Positions 48,920 through 59,187 of a stretch of DNA of 64,000 nt are shown here, piece after piece. Source of the stretch: Verrucomicrobiales bacterium (GTDB lineage Bacteria > Verrucomicrobiota > Verrucomicrobiia > Verrucomicrobiales > DEV007); contig JBGSJM010000216.1 in assembly GCA_041742015.1 (NCBI GenBank), forward strand, positions 20,092-84,091. Direction: 5' to 3'. Both the position numbers and the translations under genes were made by a program. Numbering within the stretch: the stretch's first letter is position 1; each line of letters starts with the position of its first letter. The notes beneath the pieces were generated by a model that did no database searches, was not told the origin of the DNA, and saw only the letters and a list, made by a program, of their open reading frames with translations.

Positions 48920-49759
48920 TTACTTTTTCGCCAACTGGACACCATCATTATCCAGAGAGATTTTTCGCTGCCTGTAAAGAGCTCCCAGAGCCTGTTTGAA
49001 GGCTTTTTTGCTGACCCCAAATTGCGAGCGGATTTTTTCCGGCGAACTTCTGTCTCCGATTTCGAGATACCCACCGTTGTGCCGCAACGCTTCGAGGATG
49101 TCCTCCGTCAGGCTGGTGACCCGGCCATACCCACTTTCATTTAGGGTCAAATCGATCTTGCCTCCCGGTCGAACGGTTTTGATGTAGCCCTCCATCTTCT
49201 CGCCGATTTGCAGGGGATAACTCACCTCGGAATGATAAAGCAAACCGAGGTATTGGTTGTTGACGATCGCGTTGTAACCCATCGGAGTTTCGTTGCAGAT
49301 CAAGAGAGTGACGGGCTGACCATCATCGTAGGGCGGGATGCTATGGTCAGCGTGTTTGTGACATTTCATGGAGGCGACGATCCGGGAACTGCGTCGGTCT
49401 TCGAGGATGGCCACAACAGGTTTTTCCCCAACTTTGACCCGCCCGAGCTGCTCGCCAAAGGGCAGGAGGAGATCTTTCGCCAACCCCCAATTCAAAAAGG
49501 CTCCCATATCTGGATGAGTGCTGATGACCTCCAGAGAGGCAAAATCCCCGACCTGGGCCAGGGGTTTTTCGGTTGTGGCGATAATACGATCCTTGGAATC
49601 GTAATACACAAAAACATCAAACTCTTCGCCAGGCTCAGCATCTGCCGGAAGGTATTTTGACGGGCAGAGAATCAGCCCGTGTTCCTGCCCATCAAGCAAC
49701 AATCCCCGGTCCGATTCCTCAACCGCCATCAACTTATTCCATTTCCCAACTTTTGCCAT
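48920..49759 (-). CDS. cvfB: CvfB/YitL family S1 RNA-binding protein
   Basis: GAFLNWGLAKDLLLPF, DRSSPEKI..FGVSKKAFKQALGALY. Confidence 0.92.
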   Translation of the reverse strand: MAKVGKWNKLMAVEESDRGLLLDGQEHGLILCPSKYLPADAEPGEEFDVFVYYDSKDRIIATTEKPLAQVGDFASLEVISTHPDMGAFLNWGLAKDLLLPFGEQLGRVKVGEKPVVAILEDRRSSRIVASMKCHKHADHSIPPYDDGQPVTLLICNETPMGYNAIVNNQYLGLLYHSEVSYPLQIGEKMEGYIKTVRPGGKIDLTLNESGYGRVTSLTEDILEALRHNGGYLEIGDRSSPEKIRSQFGVSKKAFKQALGALYRQRKISLDNDGVQLAKK

Positions 49760-49821
49760 TACTCGGAAGTGTCGCTCAGGTTTTAGGCTATAGGCAAGAG
49801 ACTTTAGCCTTTCGACGGCAA

Positions 49822-49891
49822 ATTACCCTGTTGAATCGGTGATTGTACCCTGTTGAATCGGCCATCGTACCCTGTTGGATCGGTGATTGTA
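49822..49891 (+). repeat. 22-bp-phased TGTACCCTGT cluster 6 (3 units + partial)
   Basis: TACCCTGTT at 49824, 49846, 49868; divergent intergenic region. Confidence 0.9.
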
Positions 49892-49946
49892 ATGCATGGC
49901 GGAAATACGGATGTGGCCTATGTCCATTCCTGGGCGACCATCGACT

Positions 49947-52900
49947 ATGCCCTTTTCCCAACGCCTGAGTCTCTTCCTTAGCCTCATTTTTGGGGCGACT
50001 GTGGCATGGGGTCGGTCGGCTCCTGATTACCTCTCTGCGGTCAAGCCGCTCCTCGCCTCCCGCTGTTTTGATTGCCACGGGGCGCTTCGGCAAAAGGATG
50101 GACTGCGCCTGGATACGGTCGCCCAGATGATCGAGCACGAAGTCATTGTCGCGGGCAAGCCGGATGCCAGCGAGTTGCTCCACCGCATTTCCAGCACCGA
50201 CCCGGATGAAATCATGCCGCCACCGCACGAGGGCAGCCCCTTTACCCCGGATCAGATTCAAATCATCCGCGAGTGGATCGCTGCCGGAGCGCCTCACCCG
50301 GAAAATGAAAAACCGGAGGCGGATCCGGCGAAACACTGGTCCTTCCAACCCATCTCGCGCCCGGCCCTTCCCGCCGGGGAGGCTCCCCACCCGGTGGACC
50401 GCTTTATTTTTGATCATCACCAGCAGACTGGCTTGACGCCCGCGCCCGAAGCTTCCCGCTTGGAATTGATCCGCCGAGTCTACTTTGATCTCATCGGCCT
50501 GCCGCCGGAAACCGGGGAACTCGCCGCTTTGATGGATGATTCGGGTGCAGACTGGTATGAAAAACTCGTCAACAGGCTTCTCGAAGATCCCCGCCACGGC
50601 GAGCGCTGGGCGCGGCACTGGATGGAGGTCTGGCGCTACAGCGACTGGTGGGGCCTGGGTGATCAACTCCGCCACAGCCAGAAACATATCTGGCACTGGC
50701 GCGACTGGATCGTGGAATCGCTCAATGCCAACCTCGGTTACGATGAAATGCTCCGCCTCATGCTCGCGGCTGATGAACTGTATCCCGAAGATCTGGCGCG
50801 GCTCCGTGCCTCCGGCCTGCTCGCCCGGCAGTTTGTGCTCTTTAACCGCAACACCTGGATGGACGACACCGTCGAGCACCTCGGCAAAGGGCTGCTCGGC
50901 CTGACCATGAACTGTGCGAAGTGCCACAATCACAAGTTTGATCCTTTCTCTCAGGAGGATTACTACGCCATGCGGGCCATTTTCGAGCCCTATTTGGTTC
51001 GGCTTGAGTTGGTTCCCGGCGAGGCCGATTTCGAAAAAGACGGCATTCCCCGCGCTTTTGATGCCCTGCCTGATGCCCCAACCTATCTTTACCACCGGGG
51101 AAACGAAGCCAATCCGGACAAATCCAGGATCATCCCGCCCCGGGTGCCGAAGATCATTGCCTTTGAGCCCCTTGGCATCGAGCCGGTTTCACTGCCAGTA
51201 CCCGCCTACCAACCCGCCCGCCGCCCTGGCGTCCCGGAAACCCACCTGAGCAGAGCTGAAAAGAATGTGACCAGCGCAGTGACGGATCTCGAAAAGGCAG
51301 AGGCAACCCTCCTTGCCGCCCGCAATCGGCTTTCCCCCGTGACACAGACACGCCTGTCTGTCCATCAACCTGAGCTGGTGCCAGCGGGGACCTTTGTCGA
51401 TACCTTCGAAACGCTCGATCCCGCCCGCTGGGCCATGATTGGTGGCGAGTGGGTTCATGGTACCGGCAGCATCGAGCAGAAAAAAGACGGCCCGGTCCGA
51501 TCACGGCTCCGTCACCTAGGTGCAACTCCTCTTGATTTTGATGCCACCGTGCGTTTCCTGATCACTGGCGGGAGTAATTACCGCAGTGTGGGACTTGCCT
51601 TTGATGCCGGACCGGAAAGCGAGGGCCCAAGCGAGCAACTCCTCTACCTCAGCGTGGGTGGAGCCAAGGTCCAGGCCGCTTATCAGGAAAATGGCAACTG
51701 GAAATACCCCGGCGGCGGGGCGATGCATTCCCGGCCCCTTCTCGAAAACGAAGAATACACCCTTCATCTCCAGGTTCGGGACAATTTGATCAATGCCTCG
51801 CTCAACGGGCAGCCCGTCATTTCCTGGCGCACTCCGCTGCCGAGACGCGCCGGCTCGCTGGATCTGATCACTTTTGATGCCCCGGCGGTTTTTTATGATT
51901 TTTCGATCGCACCGCTGGATCCAAAACTATCACTGCGGGAGTCTTCCGAAAAAAACACCACCCCGGAATCCACCGCCCAAACCGTGGCCGAGGCGGAAGA
52001 CAAAAAGGCAATGGCCGAAGCCGGGGTTTCAGTGGCACGGGCGGAGCTGGAAAGTGTTCGCCTGCGGGCCTCCGCGATGCAAGCTCCCGGGGACAGGTCA
52101 GCCGCCGAAGCCGCCATCAAGGCCGGGCGCGCCCTGGACCTGGCCAAATCCCGCCGCAACCTGATCGAAGCCGGGCAAAAACTCAAAAAAACCGCCGCAG
52201 ACAAAAAAGAGGCTGCCACCAAAGAGGTGGAAAAAGCCCGCCAAACCGTAACCCGGGCCGAGGCAAATCTGGCTGCGGCAGTGGAAGAAAAGGAGATCTA
52301 CGCCCCGTTGGAGGGTGCCCTTTGGTCACCGACCCGCTTTGCCAGTTCCGGTCGGGATGACCGTGCTCCTGATTTCCCACCCACCAGCACGGGCCGCCGC
52401 AGTGCCCTGGCCCGCTGGATCACGGATCAGCGGAATCCGCTCACCGCCAGAGTTGCCGTCAATCATATCTGGCTGCGGCACATGGGCCAGGCCATCGTGC
52501 CCTCGGTTTTTGATTTTGGGCGGAATGGAACCCCACCGACCCATCCCGAATTGCTCGACTGGCTGGCCGCCGAGTTGATGGAAAAAAACTGGGATATGAA
52601 ACATCTCCACCGGCTGATCCTCAATTCCCGGGCTTACCGGATGAGTTCTTCCCGCGCCGATCTGGCAAACCGGGAGAAAGATCCGGACAACCACGGTTTC
52701 TGGCACCGCCCCATGATCCGGCTGGAGTCCCAGGCGGTGCGGGATTCGATTCTCGCCCACGCTGGTGAACTCGATCTAACCAGGGGTGGGCCTCCGGTCC
52801 CTCCAAACCAGCAGGATACCTCGAAGCGGCGCAGTCTCTATTTTTTCCACTCCAACAATGATCGTCATCTCTTTCTCACCCAATTTGACGATGCCCGGGT

Positions 52901-53249
52901 GGCGGAGTGTTACCAGCGGGAACAAAGTGTGGTCCCCCAGCAGGCCCTCGCCCTGGCCAACAGCCGTCTCGTCCTCGAAGCGGCCCCGAAAATCGCGGCC
53001 CGTCTCTCCGACCCCAATTCACAGACAGGAGTGTCTGTGTCACGTGGGGCCGGTGAAAATGATGATGTGGTTTTTGTGAAAAAAGCCTTTGCCACTCTGC
53101 TGGCCATCACTCCGGGGGAAGTTGAGATTTCCGCCAGCCTCCGCGCTTTGGAGGACTTCAGAAAACTTCCCGGAACCACTCCCGCCGCCGCCCGGACTCA
53201 ACTGATCTGGGCACTCCTCAACCACAATGATTTTGTCACCCTGAGATGA
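49947..53249 (+). CDS. Planctomycete cytochrome c + DUF1549/DUF1553 (PSD1) protein
   Basis: [45 protein letters not shown]. Confidence 0.93.
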   Translation: MPFSQRLSLFLSLIFGATVAWGRSAPDYLSAVKPLLASRCFDCHGALRQKDGLRLDTVAQMIEHEVIVAGKPDASELLHRISSTDPDEIMPPPHEGSPFTPDQIQIIREWIAAGAPHPENEKPEADPAKHWSFQPISRPALPAGEAPHPVDRFIFDHHQQTGLTPAPEASRLELIRRVYFDLIGLPPETGELAALMDDSGADWYEKLVNRLLEDPRHGERWARHWMEVWRYSDWWGLGDQLRHSQKHIWHWRDWIVESLNANLGYDEMLRLMLAADELYPEDLARLRASGLLARQFVLFNRNTWMDDTVEHLGKGLLGLTMNCAKCHNHKFDPFSQEDYYAMRAIFEPYLVRLELVPGEADFEKDGIPRAFDALPDAPTYLYHRGNEANPDKSRIIPPRVPKIIAFEPLGIEPVSLPVPAYQPARRPGVPETHLSRAEKNVTSAVTDLEKAEATLLAARNRLSPVTQTRLSVHQPELVPAGTFVDTFETLDPARWAMIGGEWVHGTGSIEQKKDGPVRSRLRHLGATPLDFDATVRFLITGGSNYRSVGLAFDAGPESEGPSEQLLYLSVGGAKVQAAYQENGNWKYPGGGAMHSRPLLENEEYTLHLQVRDNLINASLNGQPVISWRTPLPRRAGSLDLITFDAPAVFYDFSIAPLDPKLSLRESSEKNTTPESTAQTVAEAEDKKAMAEAGVSVARAELESVRLRASAMQAPGDRSAAEAAIKAGRALDLAKSRRNLIEAGQKLKKTAADKKEAATKEVEKARQTVTRAEANLAAAVEEKEIYAPLEGALWSPTRFASSGRDDRAPDFPPTSTGRRSALARWITDQRNPLTARVAVNHIWLRHMGQAIVPSVFDFGRNGTPPTHPELLDWLAAELMEKNWDMKHLHRLILNSRAYRMSSSRADLANREKDPDNHGFWHRPMIRLESQAVRDSILAHAGELDLTRGGPPVPPNQQDTSKRRSLYFFHSNNDRHLFLTQFDDARVAECYQREQSVVPQQALALANSRLVLEAAPKIAARLSDPNSQTGVSVSRGAGENDDVVFVKKAFATLLAITPGEVEISASLRALEDFRKLPGTTPAAARTQLIWALLNHNDFVTLR
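51339..51362 (+). repeat. 24-bp REP inside PSD1 CDS
   Basis: GTGACACAGACACGCCTGTCTGTC. Confidence 0.8.
53020..53043 (-). repeat. 24-bp REP inside PSD1 CDS
   Basis: CACAGACAGGAGTGTCTGTGTCAC is the exact reverse complement of 13977-14000. Confidence 0.85.
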
Positions 53250-54697
53250 AAAACAGCCCATTCCAGCATTCTTCCCGGCGAACTTTTCTCACTCGCGGTG
53301 CCCTCGGCTTCGGCAGTATGGCCCTGGGTGCCATGCTGCATCGAGATGGCCTTGCCTCCTCACTTGGTTCCTGGGCTCCACCCACCGGCCACCCGCACTT
53401 TCTGCCACAGACCAAAAGCGTCATCTGGCTGTTTATGAATGGCGGAGTCAGCCATATGGAAAGCTTCGACCCCAAACCCATGCTAAATCGCTACGCGGGA
53501 AAAACCATCGCCGAGACTCCCTTTGCCGACACCCAGAGCGCGGAGAAACTTGCCCTGGAGCGGCTGGTGGTGCCGGATGGCAATGGCAACCAGCGCAATA
53601 CCCTGTACCCATTGCAAATCGGCTTCCAGAAACACGGCCAGAGTGGGATCGAGGTCAGCGACTGGTTTCCCCACACCGCCCGGCATGTCGACAAGCTCGC
53701 CATCGTCCGTTCCATGTACACCACCGACAGCAACCACGGTGCCCAGGGCCAGTTCCACACCGGCCGCCACATGAACGACGGTTATTTTCCCACTCTGGGG
53801 GGCTGGGTCGACTATGGACTTGGCACACTCAATGAAAATCTGCCCCAGTTTATTTCCATCGGCACCCGCCCCTACTGGAATAGCCGGGATGGCGTCTACC
53901 TCGGCCCCCGGCACGATGCCGTGCCCCTGCGAATTGATCCGGCCAATCCGCTCGATTTTGGGAGATCTCAGGGTTCCTTTTCTCCCGAGGCGAAGAGCCG
54001 TGGTTTTGATCTGGTACGGGAGTTAAACACCCTGCGCGGCGAAGCCTACCCGGACGATCCCGCACTCGAGGCCCGGATCGCGTCCTACGAACTGGCCTTC
54101 CGCATGCAGAGTGCCGTGCCCGGGGTCATCGATTTTTCAAAGGAAAGTGAGGCGACCAAAAAACTCTACGGCCTTGACCGGAACGAAACCCGCAACTTCG
54201 GCAGTCAACTCCTCGCGGCGCGGCGCTTTGTGGAGCGGGGCGTTCGCTTCATTCAGATCCAGCACGGCGGAGGTGCCGCCGGGTCTTGGGACGCCCACGG
54301 CGGTCTCAAAGCCAACCACACCAAAAACGCGATGGAAGTTGATCAACCCATCGCCGCTTTGCTCGAGGATCTCGACCGCACCGGTCTGCTCTCTGAAACT
54401 CTCGTCGTTTTTGCCACGGAGTTCGGGCGCACCCCCGGCTCCCAGGGCTCCGATGGGCGCGATCATCATATTTTTGGTTTCACAGTGTGGATGGCCGGAG
54501 GCGGCCTGAATCGCGGCGTGGTTCACGGTGCCACGGATGAAATTGGGTTTCACGCTGCGGAAAATCCCCATTACGTCACCGACATCCACGCCACCATCCT
54601 GCACCAACTCGGGCTTGATTCCAGAAAGCTGGAAGTCCCCGGGCGCAAGCGCCTCGAAAAAGACCACGGGACGGTGATTCGTGAGATTATCGCTTAA
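53246..54697 (+). CDS. DUF1501 domain protein (Tat-exported)
   Basis: [44 protein letters not shown]. Confidence 0.93.
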   Translation: MKNSPFQHSSRRTFLTRGALGFGSMALGAMLHRDGLASSLGSWAPPTGHPHFLPQTKSVIWLFMNGGVSHMESFDPKPMLNRYAGKTIAETPFADTQSAEKLALERLVVPDGNGNQRNTLYPLQIGFQKHGQSGIEVSDWFPHTARHVDKLAIVRSMYTTDSNHGAQGQFHTGRHMNDGYFPTLGGWVDYGLGTLNENLPQFISIGTRPYWNSRDGVYLGPRHDAVPLRIDPANPLDFGRSQGSFSPEAKSRGFDLVRELNTLRGEAYPDDPALEARIASYELAFRMQSAVPGVIDFSKESEATKKLYGLDRNETRNFGSQLLAARRFVERGVRFIQIQHGGGAAGSWDAHGGLKANHTKNAMEVDQPIAALLEDLDRTGLLSETLVVFATEFGRTPGSQGSDGRDHHIFGFTVWMAGGGLNRGVVHGATDEIGFHAAENPHYVTDIHATILHQLGLDSRKLEVPGRKRLEKDHGTVIREIIA

Positions 54698-54966
54698 GGG
54701 CAAAGTGGTGGAATGGTTTGGTTAAATACGCATTGTCACCCGATCTCTGCGTTCCACACCCATCCTCGGGAAAAGGACGGAAGAAAGGTCATACAAAACT
54801 ATGTGACTGTGTCGTGCGGGTCATGTAAAACGGGGTCCTTTTTTAAGAGGCAATGGGCCTCTTTTTCACATCTCTTGATATTCGCTTCGGTGTCTTTTTT
54901 TTGCGGCAACGCGCTAAATGACACCATCTTTCCAAGAAACCGACATCATGGAAGGCCAATACCGAC

Positions 54967-56037
54967 TCAAGAAAAATGCTTCTTCATCCACTGGAGGCTT
55001 TCGCGGTTGTTGATTTCCTCTTCGGCGATGATCTGGCTGAAGGGTTTGCCAGAAACAGATGGTATCACTCCGCGCGGTGGGTTCGCCTTCACGAGTTGCA
55101 TGGCGGATTCCAGATGAGTTTCTTTTCGACCGGGCATGGTGACAAAGTAACCGTCGGTGAGACAGGGGATGCGCAGGGGATCTCTGGTCGCCATTTCGAG
55201 GTTGAAGACGATGGCGGGATTCGCCTTTCGCAGGGTCGCGATGATGCGCGGAAGGTCGAGCATGCCAGTGCCGAGCGGCACTTCGCTGAGCAGAAAACCA
55301 TCAGCACCGGGCTGGATGGCCATGTCCTTCAAATGCACACTCAGAGCGAAGGGCGCGAGCGCTTCGCAGACCTGGTGCGGCTCCTCCAAAAGGGCCAGAT
55401 TGTTCCCGGTATCAACCAGGACACCGATCCATTCGCTGCTGACGCCGCTGATCAGTTTCACCAGCTCTTCGGTGGTGTGGTCTTTGTGGTTCTCGATCGC
55501 AACCCTGAGTTGATGTTTTTTTAGGATCGGTTCGATCAGGCCGAGGGTCAGCCCGGCCTGATCATGAAAGGCGCGGAAATCCTCCATGGTTTTGAAGACC
55601 TCGTAGCGGCGCCCGCTGGTGAATACGGCCCGGGCCACGGTGGCCCCGGCTTCACGGGTTCGCCTGACACTGTGCTCAAAGCCCGCCAGATCGCTTTCCT
55701 TTCTGGGGAGTTGGACTTCCCCCTCGTAGTAGTGACCGGCTTTTTCGATGAGCTGGCGAATCAGTGCGGGTTCGGTGTCATGCAAAGGGGTTTGCACGCC
55801 CTCTGCCCCCAGATCGCAGGCATAGCGGTAGAAACCCACCGGATCGGTGAACTTCACTCCCGTAAAACCAGCCCGGAGTGCCTTCCAGTGCTGATGACAG
55901 GAGAAAGTACATAAACCGAAACGACTCGGAGCTGCTCCATCAACCGCGAGAAGACTCCGGGCAAAGGCAAGGGTCGAGGCGGCGATAAATCCCCGACGAG
56001 TGGCGTGTGGCAAAGTAAAGGCGGGCGGTGTGTTCAT
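54967..56037 (-). CDS. Sugar phosphate isomerase/epimerase (xylose isomerase-like TIM barrel), Tat-exported
   Basis: TRRGFI, AIENHKD, DTGN, HLKD. Confidence 0.88.
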   Translation of the reverse strand: MNTPPAFTLPHATRRGFIAASTLAFARSLLAVDGAAPSRFGLCTFSCHQHWKALRAGFTGVKFTDPVGFYRYACDLGAEGVQTPLHDTEPALIRQLIEKAGHYYEGEVQLPRKESDLAGFEHSVRRTREAGATVARAVFTSGRRYEVFKTMEDFRAFHDQAGLTLGLIEPILKKHQLRVAIENHKDHTTEELVKLISGVSSEWIGVLVDTGNNLALLEEPHQVCEALAPFALSVHLKDMAIQPGADGFLLSEVPLGTGMLDLPRIIATLRKANPAIVFNLEMATRDPLRIPCLTDGYFVTMPGRKETHLESAMQLVKANPPRGVIPSVSGKPFSQIIAEEEINNRESLQWMKKHFS

Positions 56038-58550
56038 GGTTTTGATGTGCGAAAGGGCGCGAGTTCCTCTTCCGTCCAGGGGATCGTGCGGCCCTGAGAC
56101 TCGATGCGAAGCTTGTTGATTTCGCCCGGAGAAATTGGAGCTGCATGGTTCTCCCAGGCGCGGCGGATGTAGGTGAGAACGGCGGCGATCTCTTCATTTC
56201 CGAGCGCGGCGAGCGGAGGCATAAACGGCTGAATTTCCGGAGACTCGTAACGTTTTCCACTGACGTTGATAGGCCCACTGAGACCGTGAAACAGCACCCG
56301 GGCGAGTTGTCCAGGACTGCCCATTACCCAGTGTGATCCGGCGAGCGGTGGACCGAGAAATTTCACACCCTTTCCATCCGCACCATGGCAGGCGACACAG
56401 TAGGTGAGAAAGTTCTGGCGCCCCTGCGCAAAGAGAGTTTGTTGCGCCGGGGTGAGTGGTTTTACGTCGGATTTTGCGAGCGGTTCCGGGACATGCCCCG
56501 GCCAGGCGAAACATCGACGAAGCTCCGGGTGCTGATCAAGATGAGGCGGCGCAACATTCAGGGACACGGGATTTGTCATCAACTCCGCCTGGCGGATGCT
56601 GATTCCGGTCCACAGGGCCTGTTTTCTCCAATCGAAATCAGAACCCGCCAACAGGCTGAGCAAATTTGAGATGCGCCCGGCATCTCTCGATTTGATGATG
56701 GCCTGGGCCAGTGCCTCCATGAGAAAAGCCAGCCCGGGAACCTCCTGCACCGTCCAGAGGGCGCTCAAAAATGCCGACTCCCGCTGCGCCAGGCTGCTCA
56801 TCACAGCGTCACGCATCAGCGGATCCGCCAACCAGGGAGCGGCGATTTTTTGCAGCGCCACCAATCGATCTGGATCCGAAATATTGAGGTCCCCGATGGT
56901 CAAAATCATTTGCAAAGCCACTTCCTGGGGCGGTGCGGTTTCAGATCCACGCAAAATGTGGGCGAGCAATTCGGAATGGGACATTCCCAGCGACTGCAAA
57001 ACACGGAGCGCGGCAGCCCGGATATGCGGCACCGCATCATTCAGGGCGGCGGAGAGTTCCCGCGGCTGCGGATCACGCAGGCCTTCCAGGGTCCACAGGG
57101 CATGGAGCCGGGCTTGGGGACTGGCATGGGTCAGTGCCATTTGCCGCAGTGCTGGCAGGGCGGCGGTCAGGAGCCGCTCCACCAGGTGCATCTGGGCTTG
57201 ATCCCGCCACCAGCCGTTTGGATTGGCCAGGTGCATCACGAGTTCGTCTGGTTTCATCCGTGCGAAACTGGGGGGAGCGGGCTGGCGGAATCCATCCGGG
57301 ACCACGCGCCAGATCCGCCCCAGGTGAATTGGTTGATCCATCGCCCTCGCCTCGCTGTGCTCCCGCAGATAGGTTGACATGTGAACGCCGTCCTGCACGA
57401 TCCCACGATACATATCTGCGATGTAGATCGCCCCGTCCGGACCGGTGATTATCGAGCAGGGTCGGAAACGCTCGTCGGTCGAGGCGATAAAGTCCCGCCC
57501 TTCATAAGCTGAGGTGCCCGTCACGTACAGCCCGTTTTCCGAGAGGACACTGCGCTTGATCAGATTTCCCACCGTTTCACAAACAAAGGCGTTGCCAGAA
57601 AATCCCGGAAAGAGGGCTTCGCGATACACGAACGGCGCGCAGGCGCTGGTGAACTCCTTGATCCGGCCCTGCTCATCCAGTGCCCCGGGGATGTACCCGC
57701 GATTGGTGGCGCGATTGGGGCGGATCGGGAATACTGCATTTGTATTCGTCACCCCGACGCTTAACCCGGCTGTGGGATCGTGGTTGGGATTACGGGTCAA
57801 CGTGTTCGGCGGAACGAGATCGCAAAGCAACTGGGTGTGGTTAAAATTGTAAAAGAGTCGCCCGCGATCATCATGACAAATCCCCCACTGCCCCCGCGCC
57901 TCGGTCGCTTCCCGCCGCCAGCGATCGCCATCGCTCCGATAGCGATGGTTGTCGTTGGCGTTGTAAATCCAGTTATCCATCGCCCGGAGCAAACCGTTGG
58001 CGGAGTGCTCGATATCATCCTTCGCGTAGTCGGCAACCACCAGCGTTTTCTCATCCGCCACCAGATCGCCGTCCGTATCCCGGGCAAACCACAGTGGTTT
58101 GTTTTCAGCGATCAGCACCCCACCCGGCTGCACCAAGATGGCCCGGGGGAGGATCAATTGATCCAGAAACACCGTGTTTTTGTCCATGACGCCATCCGCA
58201 TCCGTATCCTCCAGGACCGAGATCCGACCGATCCGGTCATGCACGCCCGAGCGCTTGATGTCCTGCATATACCCGCGCATTTCGACCACCCAGAGGCGGC
58301 CTTCGCCGTCGAAGGCCATCGCCACCGGATCCTGCACCATCGGCTCACTCGCCACCAGTTCGATCCGGCAACCCGGCTCCGCGATTTGAAACGCCCGCAG
58401 GGATTCCGCCGGGGAAAGGACCGGAGGAGGAGGCTCCAAGTCAGCCTCCCCTGCCCCGGCGGAGGCAAGGAACAAAATGCAGATCCACCCAACCACGTGC
58501 AGGCTGGGTTTGATGGGTAATCCCAAGATCTTTGGTTTGGAAAGTGTCAT
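56034..58550 (-). CDS. PVC-type dehydrogenase-domain protein with C-terminal cytochrome c
   Basis: VASEPMVQDPVAM, LEDTDADG, GPDGAIYIADMYR, CVACHG, MPP; start ATG 58550. Confidence 0.9.
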   Translation of the reverse strand: MTLSKPKILGLPIKPSLHVVGWICILFLASAGAGEADLEPPPPVLSPAESLRAFQIAEPGCRIELVASEPMVQDPVAMAFDGEGRLWVVEMRGYMQDIKRSGVHDRIGRISVLEDTDADGVMDKNTVFLDQLILPRAILVQPGGVLIAENKPLWFARDTDGDLVADEKTLVVADYAKDDIEHSANGLLRAMDNWIYNANDNHRYRSDGDRWRREATEARGQWGICHDDRGRLFYNFNHTQLLCDLVPPNTLTRNPNHDPTAGLSVGVTNTNAVFPIRPNRATNRGYIPGALDEQGRIKEFTSACAPFVYREALFPGFSGNAFVCETVGNLIKRSVLSENGLYVTGTSAYEGRDFIASTDERFRPCSIITGPDGAIYIADMYRGIVQDGVHMSTYLREHSEARAMDQPIHLGRIWRVVPDGFRQPAPPSFARMKPDELVMHLANPNGWWRDQAQMHLVERLLTAALPALRQMALTHASPQARLHALWTLEGLRDPQPRELSAALNDAVPHIRAAALRVLQSLGMSHSELLAHILRGSETAPPQEVALQMILTIGDLNISDPDRLVALQKIAAPWLADPLMRDAVMSSLAQRESAFLSALWTVQEVPGLAFLMEALAQAIIKSRDAGRISNLLSLLAGSDFDWRKQALWTGISIRQAELMTNPVSLNVAPPHLDQHPELRRCFAWPGHVPEPLAKSDVKPLTPAQQTLFAQGRQNFLTYCVACHGADGKGVKFLGPPLAGSHWVMGSPGQLARVLFHGLSGPINVSGKRYESPEIQPFMPPLAALGNEEIAAVLTYIRRAWENHAAPISPGEINKLRIESQGRTIPWTEEELAPFRTSKP

Positions 58551-58639
58551 CACTTGGAAAACATAGCCAATTTGGGGTGTTTTCGCCCTACTGTGGATTC
58601 GAAAAAGCGGCATGATCGCGGCTGCTGATTCTTTTCGAC

Positions 58640-58663
58640 ATGAAACAGACACTCCTGTCTGTT
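58640..58663 (+). repeat. 24-bp REP variant (intergenic)
   Basis: ATGAAACAGACACTCCTGTCTGTT; compensatory C-G to A-T change at the stem base. Confidence 0.8.
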
Positions 58664-58726
58664 CAAAACGAGAAGAAATGGAGTTGCGCCCCATGGGGGG
58701 CAAAAGAACTGCCTGCAGCCAATCCC

Positions 58727-59030
58727 GAGTGACAATTCCACGTGGTAACGGTTACGGCGTCGAATCCGAGTGACAATTCGACGTGGTAACTGTTACGGCG
58801 TCGAAACCGAGTTACAATTCGCCGTGGTAACCGTTACGGCGTCGAAACCGAGTTACAATTCGACGTGGTAACCGTTACGGCGGCGAAACCGAGTGACAAT
58901 TCGACGTGGTAACGGTTACGGCGGCGAAACCGAGTGACAATTCGACGTGGTAACGGTTACGACGTCGAAACCGCGTGACAATTCGACGTGGTAACGGTTA
59001 CGGCGTCGAAACCGAGTGACAGATCGACGC
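58727..59030. repeat. 41-bp palindromic tandem array B (7 units + partial)
   Basis: GAGTGACAATTCGACGTGGTAACGGTTACGGCGTCGAAACC at 58727, 58768, 58809, 58850, 58891, 58932, 58973, partial at 59014. Confidence 0.95.
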
Positions 59031-59132
59031 CGGGGCTTTTCAAAGGGTCCCCCTCTGGGTTGAGTGTTGAGTGAATCCGAATAGTCCCAGGTGACTGGAT
59101 TTGAAAGAGGTTCCTGTGATCGCGGACACCTG

Positions 59133-59176
59133 ATTCAACAGGGTACAATGCCCGATTGCACAGGGTACAATCGGGC
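59133..59176 (-). repeat. 22-bp-phased TGTACCCTGT cluster 7 (2 units)
   Basis: ACAGGGTACA at 59138 and 59160; GCCCGATTG..CAATCGGGC dyad. Confidence 0.88.
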
Positions 59177-59187
59177 GTAACTAGCAA

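Noticed and set aside
49788-51095. 435-aa antisense ORF (likewise 42132-43127 and 43861-44883)
   Set aside because: Antisense to well-supported genes; typical of GC-biased codon usage; no motifs.
53599-53611. TACCCTGT match in the DUF1501 gene
   Set aside because: Single copy with no 22-bp partner or flanking consensus; likely chance.
58727-59030. Array B as a CRISPR array
   Set aside because: No unique spacers; pure tandem repeat.
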